A DNA stretch of 64,000 nt from Octopus vulgaris (lineage: Eukaryota): positions 149,854,001 through 149,918,000 of the forward strand of contig OX597817.1 in the NCBI GenBank assembly GCA_951406725.2, in the 5' to 3' direction. This document shows, one piece after another, positions 35,291 through 49,850 of the stretch. Positions within the stretch are counted from its first letter, which is position 1, and each line of letters begins with the position of its first letter. Below the pieces are notes generated by a model. That model did no database searches. It worked only from the letters and a program-made list of their open reading frames with translations, and was not told the DNA's origin. The position numbers and the translations under genes were made by a program.

Positions 35291-38288
35291 ACATGTATGT
35301 ATGTGTTTGTAAAATATTACACAAAAGTTCTTTTATTTTTTTTCTTCTTTTGCTCCAAAAGTTCCGTAGTTAAAAATATTGTTCCAGACAAGACATTTCA
35401 ATAAAATATCTAATAAGAACAATAACACAATATGGAGGTAATAAAAATAGAGATAAATTTGATATTACAGTCTGCAAAGCCGACAAGAGAATTGAAGTTG
35501 TGTGCAAAAGTATTTAGTGTTTATCGGTTAGAACCACTCAGAACCAATAGAGCATAATCACCATTTTTTTTTTCTTTTCTGTCAGTCTTGATAAAATCTC
35601 TCTGTTGCTATTTGGTGTTAAGTTTAATATGATAACCAAGGTGTGATTGTGGGTTCGATTTACACTTAACTGCACCATAAGCAAATAAGTGTTAAGTTTA
35701 AAAACGTGTAGCCAGAGATAATGAATAATGTAGATTGGTTTGAATGATATTTGAACAATGCCAGGATGGTAATAGGTCTCAGGGAATTGCTACCGTGTGA
35801 TCTTGTATAAACAGGACAGATGGCAATGTGGATAATATTTTGCTACCCCATCATTTGCCCCTTTTTTATATGGCTTTTCAAGCATCCTAGAAACACCAGC
35901 CAAATTTCACACCACTTAAAAGCACCCAGTCCACACTGTAAAGTAGTTGGTGTTTGGAAGGGCATCCAGCTGTAAAAACCTTGGCAAAACTGACCTCGCC
36001 TGTGCTTGTGCCACATAAAAAGCACTACTCACCTCGCCTGTGCTTGAGCCATGTAAAAAGCACTAAGTCCATTCAGCTGAGTGGTTGGTGTTAGGAAGGG
36101 CATCCAACAGCAAAAATCCTGCCGAAACAGTCACAGAAGTCTGGTACAGGCATCAGCCTGGAAGGCTCTTGCAGTACCGTCCCACCCATGGCTCGCATGC
36201 AAGGCGGATGTTAAACAATGATGATGATGGTGATGATGATGATGATGCAATGTTTTTCCATCATTGTTTTTTTTACCTGTATACCCCTTTGACTCCTATT
36301 TTAGTCAGCTGGACCTCATAACCATTCAATGCTTTAAAAATCCTCTTATATTTTTATAATTAACTATTATTAAGAATTGTATTTTTTTAAAAATTGTCAA
36401 AATGTTTTGTGTATTGTAAAAGGATAATCATTCATTTCTCTTCAATGAAGAATTCTATCCAAAATATTAGATTCTTTTCTTTCTCATGGCAAAATATATT
36501 ATTCCATTCAGTGAATTTATTTATTAAGTTTACCCTGTCAAGAATTTAAATAACAAAATTTTGTATGGACCTTCAAGGGACATATGGACCCTAAGTGAGA
36601 ATGACTTCTTTACTGTCTTAAAAAAAAACAAAAGACCATATTGAATAATGTAGTCCAATGCCTAGAAAAAAGTGTTTGTGGCTTGAATGAAATTTTTTCA
36701 TTGGCCCGTTTGAGTAGAACTAACCAGGGTTAAAAACTCTTTCTAATTTTGGCACAAGGCCAGCAGTTTTGAGGGAAGGGAAAAATTGTTTACATCAACC
36801 CCGTTATTTATTTTATTGATTCTGAAAGGAAAAAATGCAAAGACGACCTTGGTGGAATTTGAACTCAGAATGTTAAGCCAGAAGAAATGTCACAAAGCAT
36901 TTTGTTTGACATGCTAACAATTCTGCCAGCTCACCACTTTCCTAGGGTTAAATAACAACTAGATAATGTAGGTTGATTGGAACATAATTAAACAATTCTT
37001 ATTTCTTTATTGCCCACAAGGGTCTCCACACAGAGATGACAAACAAGGACAAACAGATTAAGTCGATTATATCAACCCCCAGTGCGTAACTGGTACTTAT
37101 TTAATTGACCCCAAAAGGATAAAAAGCAAAGTCGACCTCAGCGGAATTTGAACTCAGATTGTAGCAGCAGACGAAATACCGCTAAGCATTTTGCCTGGCA
37201 TGCTAACGTTTCTTATTTCTTTACTGCCCACAAGGGACTACACACAGAGATGACAAACAAGGACAGACAAATGGATTAAGTCGATTATATTGACTCCAGT
37301 GCGTAACTGGTACTTATTTAATCGAGCCTGAAAGGATGAAAGGCAAAGTCGACCTCGGCAGAATTTGAACTCAGAACATAGCGGCAGATGAAATATCGCT
37401 AAGCATTTCACCCAGCGAGCTAACGTTTCTGCCAGCTTGCCGCCTTACATAATTGAACGATTCTTGTACATCAACAGCTTTTGGGGAATGGTTACTTTGT
37501 GGTTGGATGTAGCAAAAAAAAAAAACGGGTAAATATGACACTACCAACCACTAGCTTCAGCTGTATGGTTACTTGACCTATTAGAAACTGCAGCCAGATT
37601 TTACTCTACAACTTAAAAAATAAGAACATATTGAATGTAGTCCTGGATACACAATGCCAACCCCACCACCAAAGACAAGATGTTCATGGCTTGAATATTT
37701 TTTATCATTGGTCTATTTAATCAGAGCTGTCTGTGACTAAATAACAACAATCTTCAGGTGATCCAAATATATCCTCCAAAAATATAAGTTTTGTCAAAGT
37801 TAGTGGGTATAAAGAGCAGATTGATGATGACTGAAGTAAGAAATGTGAAAACAGAGCAACGTTTGTAGAAAGGCAGCAAACATGGAGCAAAATCTAGGGT
37901 GGACAAAATGAAAAATTTGATATCCTTCTTAACTCCGAATTTATAAACTATGCCAGTATGGAACAAAGAGGTTAAATGATGACAATGATGATGACTGTTA
38001 CTACAAAACATGTGATTTCTCTTCAATTAAGAATTTTATCCAAAATATTAGATTCTCAACTTTCTTATGGCAAAATATATCATTCTATTCTGTGAACTTA
38101 TTTATTAAGTTTGCCTTGTCAAGAATATGGATATGTGGGAACAAAGATATGTTATATAATATACAAACATGGAATCTAAGAATCATTGGAAGAAATATTG
38201 GTCTTGGATTCTGGCACAAGGCCAAAAGTTTCAGGAGAGGAGCCTAGTTGATTATATTAACCCCAGTTCTCAGTTGGTATTTATTTTA

Positions 38289-38534
38289 TCAACACTCGTT
38301 GACACTACATTGAAGAGGCTAGGGAACAAAAGAAAGAAGAAGAAAGAAGACATGCACCCAACACTAGAGCTGAAGACACCTCCGAAAGGGGGGGGGGGCT
38401 GCCACGTCAAAACTGTAGAGGAGTAGGGGCCGAAACCGGACGTGGTTCCTCTTGATGATGTCTTGAGCTAACTGGATCCTATAAAGGAGCTGTTGCGGTA
38501 GCAGACCACAAAACACGGTTGAAATTCCTTCCTT
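38289..38534 (+). mobile_element. Hammerhead-like insertion inside a SINE B copy
   Basis: 32-bp target duplication 38257-38288 / 38535-38566; CTGAAGA 38370-38376, GAAACC-ggacgt-GGT 38432-38446. Confidence 0.65.
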
Positions 38535-41500
38535 TTAACCTCAGTTCTCAGTTGGTATTTATTTTAACGACCCCCAAAAGGATGGAAGGCAAAATCGATC
38601 TTAAAAGAATTTGAACCCAGAACATAAAGACAAACGAAATTCTGTTAAACATTTTGCCTGGTGTGCTAACAAATTCAGCCAGAATTGGAAGAAATTACAC
38701 AACCTTTTAATAAATGGTTATGATGCCATTGGAAGCCTGTTTTGTGAGTGAGCTTTATCTGCCTCTTGGTTTAACACCTGGCTGTCATTAGCAGAACCCT
38801 CTCAGATGCAAGCATTCAAGTCAGGTCTTTGATCTGAGGATAACTTCCTTCCTCTCACTAGTCTTGGGAAAAGGTCACTGCATTTCCTTGTCTGACATAA
38901 ATCTTTAAAAAAAATTCAACATTGAATAACTTTCAGTTTCAGAAAGTTTAGAATTAAGGTTAAGAATATAGTTAGTATTTAAATTTAAATAGAAAACAGA
39001 TGTAGGAGTTCAAGAAGGTTCTTCACTGAAGAATTAATCAAAAGTCAAACATCTACTATAAAAATAATTCAAATATTTATCATATATCAACATCTGCAAT
39101 TTATAAGAACTTTTATCAAATTCTGTAATAAGTAATTCAATTTCATCAAAAATTGTTGGACACCACTAAAACAAACAGTGCTAATACCAAGTAAACAAAA
39201 TCTCAACATTCATTGACAATTCACAAATTAAAAATTTTCTTTTTTTTTCTAATCTCTTGAAATTTTATGTCAGAATCAAAATGGTCTGAATAGATATTAG
39301 AATTTTTAGAATCAGATCCAAACTTTTACATCTGGTTCCAGTTAAGAACCTTTTGGAACTTTTGAGGTGCAGACATGGTTGTATGGTAAAGAAGCTCACT
39401 TTACAACCACATGGTTTCGGGTTCAATCCCACTACATGGCACCTTGGGCATGTGTCTTCTACTATAACCTTGTACTGATCAATACCTTGAGTGAATCTGG
39501 TAGATGGAAACAGTTTGAAAATCAGTCACATATACAAGTTTATCTTTGTGGTGTTGGTTTGTTTATATCCCCATAACATTGCAGTTCAGAAGCCAATTGA
39601 ATAAGTACCTGACTTTAAATAAATAAATAAATAAAAAAAAAAACAAGACATAAGTACTAGGGTCAGTTTGTTTGACTAAAAGGCCCTCAAGGTGGTGCTC
39701 CAGCATGGCTCCAGTTCAGTGACTGAAACAAGTAAAATAAAGATCCATTTCCTCTTTATGACTCAAGTAAACCCCCTTTAAAAGTTCTGATTTCTTGCTT
39801 TACAACAATTGCATCCAAGACTCAGGAACCCACATGGAAGATGAACATTTTCTTAGAAATACCATTGAACACTTTGTCATTCCCCCCACCCTTATTACAT
39901 GTTTTGTTTGTTTTGAGTCAACCCAGTTCAAACACATTCTACCATCCTATCCTTATATTCTCACTATCTTTTGTCCTACCAAACACTTATAATAATTTTA
40001 CCACTCGAGAACCCCCTATCTTCAATAATTCCCATACAATTTCAACTTCTTACTATAATTCAAAAGGAGTGAAGTTGGTAGAATCTTTAGCATGTCACAC
40101 AAAATGCTTAGTGGTGTTTCCTCCAACTTTTTACATTCTGGTTTCAAATCTTGCAGAGATCAACTTTGCTTTCAATCCCTTCGGAGTCAGTAAACTAAAA
40201 TACCAGTGAAATACTGGGATCAATTTAATTAATTTGTTTCCTTCCCTCAATATTGTTAACCTTGAACTCTGCAACAGACTGGCACCCCATTCAGGGGGAA
40301 TGTTGTGATCTCGGTCTCTTATAGGATGTGGAAACCAGGAAACAAGCCAAATATATACATATGCAACCGTTCCTACATATGCACATATGATACTTGTTTA
40401 TACAGCTAGTGCAAACAAAACTCAGAGAGTATTCAAGAAATTAGAGCAAACATATATTTCAAGATGAAACAAATTGACATAACTTACTTAAACATTGGGA
40501 AGGGATTATTTTTATTTTATTTATAAATTTGCAAACAAGGTTTCTGGTTGGCCAATAACTGGTTCACTGCAATTTTAGTTTTTAGTTGTGAAAGTGAAGA
40601 GTGACAATGGAGTGTCTTTGTGACTCAATGCAGAACAAATATCAAAAGGGACTTCATTCAAGAAGTACCAGTCTTTTGGTTTTTTAATGGATGTTTACAT
40701 CTTTTGTTGAGGCTCCTCAATGAAGAATAATACACACACATAAATAAATACAGATGCATATATATATGTGTGTAGACACATCCATTCTTACACATTATAG
40801 AACCACTATGCCTTGCCAAGTTCCAGTTGCTATAATTGATGCCATTATGTAAGAGACTGACATAATCTACAAAGCAAACAATAAGACCTGAAGCTACAAC
40901 TATAGTCACTAACAGAATTTGACAACAATATTTGAGGGTGATAATCTGTCTCTAATACTTTATATCCAAGCAGTGACTCTTTGTCAGTCTTATTTCTTTA
41001 TTGCCCACAAGGAGCTAAACATAGAGGGGACAAACAAGGACAAACAAAGGATTAAGTCGATTACATCGACCCCAGTGCATAACTGGTACTTAATTTATTG
41101 ACCCCGAAAGGATGAAAGGCAAAGTCAACCTCGGCGGAATTTGAACTCAGAATGTAACGGCAGATGAAATACCGCTAAGCGTTTCGACCAGCGTGCTAAC
41201 GATTCTGCCAGCTTGCCGCCCTTACTCTGTGTCAGTCTTGTTAGGCAAATGCAAAGGGCAACGCTATAGGATCTGCATATGAAAGAAAAATTCATGTCAC
41301 CTACATGTTTTTTGTTGATGGCCTTAAGATGTACTTGAGTGAGTGGAATTAGGTCAAGAGAAGTGTTCATATAATATTCCAAACTGACCTACCATTGAGG
41401 TTCTTAATGCTGCAAAGTCTTGGAATAAAAGTACCATCTGTATAAAATTTCATTTTGCCAGGTAAGCATATAGCTGGCATCAGAACATGAATTTCATCCC

Positions 41501-41909
41501 AACAAATAAAAATAACAAGGAGAGGATAATTTTTAGCCAGAGAACAGGCATCTCCTTCCGGTAGCATGCTGGCAGAATTCTTACTTTAAAAGCTTTTAGA
41601 TAGAAAAACATGCTACTGCAATGCTAAAGTGGTTGCAGACAAAAGAGGAAAAAATTCTTGTACATTGAACATAATTTTCATTACATGCCAGACAGATGTT
41701 GAATATGTAATAATAACCTCTCTGTACTTTAACATAACAGCTTTTCTTGTGGTATATTTGTTGACATCCTGTGAAATGGCCTATGTTTAATTAAACACAG
41801 CAGTTTTTATCATCCTGTGGTCATTCCAGAAGAGAATAAGGGTCAAAAGGAGAATCAGTGGACTGCATCCTGATAAAACATCGGTGGCCAAAGCATATAT
41901 ATAAATTAT

Positions 41910-42305
41910 AGTGGAGGCGCAATGGCCCAGTGGTTAGGGCAGCGGACTTGCGGTCATAGGATCGCGGTTTCAATTCCCAGACCGGGCGTTGTGAGTGTTT
42001 ATTGAGCGAAAACACCTAAAAGGCTCCACGAGGCTCCGGCACAGGATGGTGGTGATCCCTGCTGTACTCTTTCACCACGACTTTCTCTCACTCTTACTTC
42101 CTGTTTCTGTTGTACCTGTACTTCAAAAGGGCCGGCCTTGTCACTCTCTGTGTCACGCTGAATATCCCCGAGAACTACGTTAAGGGTACACGTGTCTGTG
42201 GAGTGCTCAGCCACTTACACGTTAATTTCACGAGCAGGCTGTTCCATTGATTCGGATCAACCGGAACCCTCGTCGTCGTAACTGACGGAGTGCTTCCATC
42301 CATCC
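41910..42305 (+). mobile_element. Full-length tRNA-derived SINE family D
   Basis: tggcccagtggttagggc A-box, ggtttcaattccc B-box, (tcca)n tail, TSD atataaattat; partial copies approx 14865-15020 and 17590-17770(-). Confidence 0.88.
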
Positions 42306-43273
42306 ATATAAATTATGTTTTGATAATCTGTTGTGTCTGGGGAGAATCATTTTCTTTTTGTGCCTTATAATATAACACACTCACTGGTGAGTTATATATA
42401 TATATCATATATATATATCATATATTATATATATCATAGGGCACAAAAAGAAAATGACTCTCCCCAGACACAACAGAATATGCTTCAACACACAAACTCA
42501 TATAAAGAATCTTGCAAACCAAATCCAAAAACGAAATGTTTTGTTAAATGATCTCAAATTTACACATTAAAATAGTATATAAAGAACCCTTTGTTTGTCA
42601 AAAATTAGGTTAAATAAATATGGGAGTTTCTTATACATGGATAATATTATAATCCTTTACAAAACCATTTTTCCAAAATTTAAACCCCCAAAATTAGGGG
42701 GTTCCTTATACACATTAGAATACAGTAATTCTTAAAAAACAGAAGTTCTGGTCCAATGGATGGCAACATGGAACAAGGGCATTAAATAAAGATGATGTGT
42801 TAATGGTCTTCTGCCTGCATCTTCTTACATTACCAATAAGTCTTCTTTCTTCATATCAAACTTCACTTCAGAAGCCAATCTCTTATGATAATTTTCAGAT
42901 AAATGTATTACCAATAAGAATATACATGACTGGCTCAAAGAGAACATATTTTTTCACTGCGAGATTAGATTTTGTCTAACAGTAATTTTCCACTCTTAAA
43001 TTTATATATAAGCTGTGGACCGGCTACAGCCACTATCTGGTGAGGTCTGCTTTCACATGAAGTGTTCTTTGATGTATGTTGAAAATGGACTCCAGAAGGA
43101 CTGTATGCTTCTAATGAAGATGATGCAAAGAACTGCAAAATCATTGGAAAATTATCACCAGCTCTAGGAGTTCAGTCAAGTTATTCAGATGTTGGTTTTG
43201 TTATGTGTACAGAAGAGTCTAATTCTAAATAATGTATTTCTAGTCTTGTTTTTAAATAATTTTGGGAATGAGT

Positions 43274-43478
43274 GAGAGAGGGGGAGGGGGAGGGAGGGAG
43301 AGAGAAGGAGAGAGGGGGAGAGAAGGAGGGATAGAGAGGAAGAGAAGTGGGGAAGGAGGGAAGGAGGGAGAGAGGAGAGAGGGGGAGAGAAGGAGGGAGG
43401 TGAGGGAGGGATAGAGAGAGAAAGAGAGTGGGAGAGAGGTGGGGAAGAAGGGAAGGAGGGAGAGAGAGGGGGGAGAAA

Positions 43479-43539
<61 letters not shown>
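43274..43539. repeat. approx 265-bp polypurine (G/A) tract ending in (GA)n
   Basis: almost exclusively G/A on plus strand. Confidence 0.95.
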
Positions 43540-43542
<3 letters not shown>

Positions 43543-43828
43543 CACATAGGTTCTGCAAGTGAAGAATTGAAATTTCAGTCTAGTTAACTATCTTCAAGCT
43601 TCAATGTAGTTTGTTATCGTGCATGCTGCCTCTCAATCAGATTGTTTATGTAAGCAGTTCAGACGTGAAATAAAATGATTTGCTAAAAGTAAGAGAAGTG
43701 TAGCAATTCAGGCAATACACTTTGCTGGAGAGGAATGTTTTGCAGTGGTGAGAGAAGTGCAGGGGGGAGAAAGAGAGAGAGAGAGAGAGAGGTTAAACTA
43801 GTGAAGTATAAAGAAAAGTCACAAGGTA

Positions 43829-44250
43829 GGCGCAGGAGTGGCTGTGTGGTAAGTAGCTTGCTAACCAACCACATGGTTCCGGGTTCAGTCCCACTGCGTG
43901 GCATCTTGGGCAAGTGTCTTCTGCTATAGCCCCGGGCCGACCAATGCCCTGTGAGTGGATTTGGTAGACGGGAACTGAAAGAAGCCTGTCGTATATATGT
44001 ATATATATATATGTGTGTATGTGTGTGTGTTTGTGTGTGTGTGTTTGTCCCCCTAGCTTTGCTTGACAACCGATGCTGGTGTGTTTACGTCCCTGTCACT
44101 TAGCGGTTCGGCAAAAAGAGACCGATAGAATAAGTACTGGGCTTACAAAGAATAAGTCCCGGGGTCGATTTGTTCGACTAAAGGCGGTGCTCCAGCATGG
44201 CCGCAGTCAAATGACTGAAACAAGTAAAAGAGTAAAAGAGAGTAAAGAGA
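43829..44250 (+). mobile_element. SINE family A (tRNA-like head, CORE-like domain, internal TA/TG microsatellite)
   Basis: ggcgcaggagtggctgtgtggtaag..gggttcagtccc..cttgggcaagtgtctt..gaaacaagtaaaagag; copies approx 3313-3622, 20292-20670, 21130-21350(-), 22270-22670(-), 22760-23120(-), 25520-25875(-), 39365-39745, 45848-46290, 46370-46765, 48336-48734, 49861-50275, 53655-54010(-), 60412-60868. Confidence 0.9.
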
Positions 44251-46013
44251 GGTAAGAGATGTTGGACAGTAAAGAAGGGAGATAATCAACAAGAACATAG
44301 GTAAAATATAAGAAAATGAAGAGGAGACAGCTAGAACATGGGTCAATAACAATGCTAACAACTGCCAGAAACAGGAAGGGTTGGTAACAAATTAGAAAAC
44401 TAAGGAAAAAATGGGAGTAAGGGTCTGGAATAATATTCAGAATAAATTCCCAAACTAGTATTAGAGTAAAAGGCGGCGAGCTGGTTTGTAGCATTTCGTC
44501 CGCCATTACATTGTGAGTTCAAATTCCGCCGGGGTCGACTTTGCCTTTCGTCTTTTCAGGGTCGATAAATTAAGTACCAGTGACGCACTGAGGTCGATGT
44601 AATCGACTTAATCCGTTTCTCTGTCCTTGTTTGTCCCCTCTGCGTTTAGCCCCTTGTGGGTAGTAAAGAAATAGGTATTAGAGTATGAGAAAAATTATGT
44701 AAAAGTAATGTGCATGCATGCATACACACACAAGTTCTCTCTCACACACTTATAGAATCCACTACACCACACAAATTCCCATCCACACACACACAGAGGA
44801 AAGTGCATATATTCACGAACACATACTCACACACATGTTACTAGCCTTACTAGCACTTGTGGCTGGTGGCACATGAAAAAACATTCAAGTGAGGTCGTTG
44901 CCAGTGCCGCTGGACTGGCTCCTGTGGAGGTGGCACATAAAAAGCACCATTTGAGCGTGGGCATTGCCAGTACCACCTGACTGGCCCTCATGCCAGTGGC
45001 ACATAAAAGCACCCACTACACTCCTGGAGTGGTTGGCATTAGGAAGGGCATCCAGCTGTAGAAACTCTGCCAGATTAGACTGGAGCTTGGTGCAGCTATC
45101 TGGTTCACCAGTCCTCAGTCAAATCGTCCAACCCATGCCAGCATGGAAAGCGGACGTTAAACGATGATGATGTTCTCTTTTCACCTCCCCTTCTCACTCA
45201 CATACATATAAAAATATAAATACAGAACCTATAAACTAGGAGACAGACAGACCTGAAGCAGACTTTGAGTAGGAGAGGGCATGTCATTGATGATGTCATG
45301 ACTGGCAACAAAAGGACTTTGACAAACTTAGCTGATAGGGTGACTAACTGACTGAATGATTAATCAAACAATTGATTGGTTAAATGATTAAATAGTCAAC
45401 CAAATGACAAATAAAGAAGTAAAATAGAACCAGTGTGTGTTTATTATTGGCATAATGACCCTCCTAAGATACAACAAAGAATGCATAAATTTTACTCAGA
45501 TTTCTTTGTCAGATATATTGCTTATTTATTCACATAGTTTTGAATGAATCATGAAATCTTGTAGCTTCAAGATTTTAATGGTGTGTTTGTATATTTTTAC
45601 AATGACATTGTAGGGAAGGTGTGAGAGGCTGGATCAGGTCGGTTTTGACATAAAACATGTAGAATGTTTGGGTCAAATACAGTCAGTTAAAACGCTAAAA
45701 GGTTGAACTAAATGAAATCTAATCAGGCCAAAATAATGGTCTTTTAGATGCTGGATCTATATATTTTCCCAGAGTTAAAATTTTCAAAGTTATTTTAACT
45801 TAAGGTTAGAAATATCATGATCATCATGACTTTTTTTTTTCTTATATAGGTGCTGGAGTGGCTGTGTGGTAAGTAGCTTGCTTACCAACCACATGGTTCC
45901 AGGTTCAGTCCCACTGCATGGCACCTTGGGCAAGTGTCTTCTACTATAGCCTCGGGCCGACCAAAGCCTTGTGAGTGGATTTGGTAGACGGAAACTGAAA
46001 GAAGCCCATCGTA

Positions 46014-46066
<53 letters not shown>

Positions 46067-47029
46067 GTCTATATGTTTGTGTGTCAGTGTTTGTCCCCCC
46101 AACATCGCTTGACAACCAATGCTGGTGTGTTTATGCCCCTGTAACTTAGCAGTTTGGCAAAAGAGACTGATAGAATAAGTACTAGGCTTACGAAGAATAA
46201 GTCCTGGGATCGATTTGTGTGACTAAAGGCGGTGCTCAAGCATGGCCGCAGTCAAATGACAGAAACGAATAAAAGAGAAAAGAGAAAGAGAATTATTTGA
46301 TTCAGAAACATTGTGATATGTTGTATAACTTTCCTTTTTCAGGAAATTTTGTATAGACACAGACAAGACTGAGTGGTTAAGAAGCTTGCTTTGCAACCAT
46401 GTGGTTCTGGGTTCAGTCCGACTGTACCACATCTTGGGCAAGTGTCCTCTACAATAGCCCTGAGCCAACCAATGACTTGTGAGTGAATACAGTAAACAGA
46501 AACAGCAAGGAAGCCTCGTTGTGTGTGTGTGTGTGTGTGCTTATGTTTGTCCCCATCACCGCCACAGCTTGACAATCAGTGTTGGTTTATTTATGTCCCC
46601 ATAACTTAGTGGTTCAGCAAAAGAGACTGGTAGGGTAAGTACCAGCCTTAAAAAAGTAAGTACTAGAGGGTAGGGTGGGGACAATTTGTTTGACTAAATC
46701 TTTGAAGGTAGTGCCCCAGCATGGCTGCAGTCCAATTACTGAAACAAGCAAAAAAGATAAAAGATGCTCTTTTATATTAGAGAACTCACATGGCAGATGG
46801 AAAAAAAAAATATATATAGTAACACACAAAGCACGACAGGCCACGATTGTGGCCCATATAGATGCATTTAATTTATGGGCATTCATTGGAGTCTAATGTT
46901 ACTCAAATGCTTGAATATCCCATACCCTCAGAATGCAAGAGGACTAATAGTTCAACTAATGACTTTTCAGATGATGTAAAACTTGCCACCAATATAGACT
47001 AAGAAGATATTTTAGCTACAATTGCAGCA

Positions 47030-47233
47030 TGGAAGGTGTTTATAAGCCATTTAAAAACGCACAAAAACCGTTAGATTCAACATTTAAATTTAATTTGCCA
47101 AAATATTTTCATCGCTTTGAGACTGCAATCTGTTCACTGACAAAATTCCGTGCTGCATCTTAAATTAAATTTCAATGTTGAAGTGAATCTAACGGCTTTT
47201 GTGTGTTTTTAAATGGCTTATAAACACCTTCCA
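47030..47233. repeat. Fold-back element, Penelope pLTR-like
   Basis: tggaaggtgtttataagccatttaaaaac..ccgttagattc / gaatctaacgg..gtttttaaatggcttataaacaccttcca. Confidence 0.75.
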
Positions 47234-47516
47234 GACTGCAATTGTTTTTGTTTCAGCACACGATCTAAGATCAGGTCACTTGCTAGGCAAGTACATCTCC
47301 AATATTTTAACTATTTTTTTGTTTTTTATAGTCTCATTTTCACAAAATGTGCTCAGCAATCCATGCTATGTAAGTGCAAATCCCAGCGCTTTATAGGTTA
47401 AAGAAACCAATTCTTTAAATAAGCATGGAATTAACTAATGTTCCGGGTGGTAAAGAAGGTTTAAGAATTTAGGCCTATGAAGGTAAAGCAAATTATCATA
47501 CAACAACTGTACCTTA

Positions 47517-47644
47517 CAGGGGGTGAGCAAAAGTAGGTACACAGTTGCTTAGTTGAATCGCTGAGGTTTAAAAATGAAGAAGGATTGAAAAAGAACATTC
47601 CACCCATATTAAGCAACTGTATGTCTACTTTTGCCCACCCCCAG
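47517..47644. mobile_element. Tc1-like MITE
   Basis: TA-CAGGGGGTGAGCAAAAGTAG..CAGTTGCTT / AAGCAACTG..CTACTTTTGCCCACCCCCAG-TA. Confidence 0.8.
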
Positions 47645-48799
47645 TATATTCATATTTGAAGAATTTTCCAACTTATATTAGCATAAATCTAAAAACAAAT
47701 GCAAAAGATATTTTAAAATGTTAAAATAATAAAAGGAAATTGTTATCCCAGATTCCATAATTTTTATCCTGTTCCATACTTAAAGAATGAAAAGCTTGTT
47801 CTCTCACCTTTGCAACACATCTTCATAATTATCTTTGATATATATGAAACCTGATCTTTTCCACTATTGTACACTTTCCAACATCCTGAGTTTTTGTTTG
47901 TTTGTTTGGTTTTTGCTGGGTTTTTTTTCTATTCACCAATTCTAAACTATGCCATTTTCACACAACTATTCATAATTTATATGCCTTACACAACAATACT
48001 TTTGTGCACACACACACACTCAAATATATACACACACATACACAAACCCATAGACTCAGATGATTCACACATCCAGTGGCTACCATGGGTTTAAAACATT
48101 CAGCAAATTTTTAGAATTTGCATAATTTTATGACCTATGAGATAAATGAATTAACTAAACCTGCGTTATCTAATTCTCTATCCTCAAACCCCCACCAAAA
48201 AAAAAGACAAAGATTTAATCATATGTTAAACTATATTTCTGTTATAGAATTCATGGAATCACATATTTAGAACCAAAAGTGGGCCACAGCTCATGAGCTG
48301 AAACTAGATAAAATAAAATAAAATAAAATAAATAGACAGGAGTGGCTGTGTGGTAAGTAGTTTGCTTACCAACCACATGAATCCAGGTTCAGTCCCACTG
48401 CGTGGCACCTTGGGTGAGTGTCTTCTACTATATCCTTGGACTGACCAAAGCCTTATGAGTGGATTTGGTAGACGGAAACTGAAAGAATCCCGTCGTATAT
48501 ATGTATATATATATATATGTATGTGTGTGTCAGTGTTTGTCTCCCTAACATCGCTTGACAACTGATGCTGGTGTGCTTACATCCCCGTAACTTGCCGGTT
48601 CGGCAAAAGAGACCGATAGAACAAGTACTAGGCTTACAAAGAATAAGTCCTGGGATCGATTTGCTTGACTAATGGTGGTGCTCCAGCATGGCTGCAGTTA
48701 AATGATTGAAACAAGTAAAAGAGAAAGGGAAAGAGATATTAAGCAAAGTTTAGGAAAGTTAAAATATGTTTGACATATTTTAAATGCTAAGAAGCAAAT

Positions 48800-49850
48800 A
48801 CTTCTCTTATGGTAAAATGGTATGGAGACACCCTATTTGAATACATTACAAATACAAAAGTTTCTTGTTGAGCAAAATATTATATTCACATGTCAATATC
48901 TCATGTGATATCATTTTTCTCCCAATGATTTTGTGCGTAACATTTGTGAAGCACTGGCAATGAGAAATGGGAATTTGTTCACAGAATTCTTCGAACAGAT
49001 TCAATGGTTTCTAAGCTTTGATGTTACGATCAGCTTCATTCCAGAGATTGCTTAGTTGATTAAGTAGAGGTAGAACATTGGTTGGGGCTTTTTTTTTTTT
49101 TTTTCAAATTTTATCAGAACAAAACTGCTTGACCGAATGCACAAATATGCTTGGAGCTCATTGTCCTGCATCAGTATCCATTTGAATAGCAAAATATTCA
49201 TCGGAATAGAATAAAAGAATATCTCTCAAGATGTCAGTGATGTGATAAATAGGACCAAGTTTTTCATCTGAAAAACATTTCCAGAACATGATATTGACTC
49301 ACTTCATGGTTCTCTGGAGACAGTCGAAATTCAATTTGTTGCTGAAACAATGTCTCATAAACATCCTGCAATCAGATCTAAACTAACTGAACCTTGAATT
49401 ATTTATTCATTCCACACGGCTTCACTTGATAAAGGTCCAGTTTTTAAGCCATGACAAATCAAAAGCATGCTCTCTGGTTCTTCAAGAAAATGAATGACTT
49501 TTTGCAAGTGACACTTACATATAAATCCCACTCAGTTGAGCTGAATGGGATTATGGCTGTATCCCATTGTAATGAGAATGGCTGATATCAGGTGTCTAAG
49601 CCTCCTGCAGATGTCTAGACACTACTTCATGGTCAACTGCAGTCATTTAGTGATTAAAATCTGACAGCCTGTGACTAAACCAGTCTTCTTGAGGACATTT
49701 TCATGAGTCTGTTATTTCTATAGCAGCCACCAGTCTATGCGAAAGTGGCAGCAAAATTCACACAGGAAGAATGACTGTAATACAAATGCAAAAGCAGTGT
49801 CCCTGTGGCAAACACCAATCACTAAATAACCACAGTTAATATCAAAACAT
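48800..49850 (-). mobile_element. Highly degenerate hAT-type transposase remnant
   Basis: frameshifted remnants resembling AFxxxGFKNW (TTF zinc finger) and DEYFAIQMD-TD (first catalytic Asp motif); many stops. Confidence 0.35.

Noticed and set aside
41915-41990. tRNA gene
   Set aside because: Acceptor stem not closed and sequence continues into a SINE body with TSD; it is a SINE head
41230-43200. Coding-like segments between SINEs (41367-41567 ORF, 42800-43180)
   Set aside because: No recognisable motif, frameshifts and stops, no consistent splice sites; probably an ancient TE remnant but unassignable
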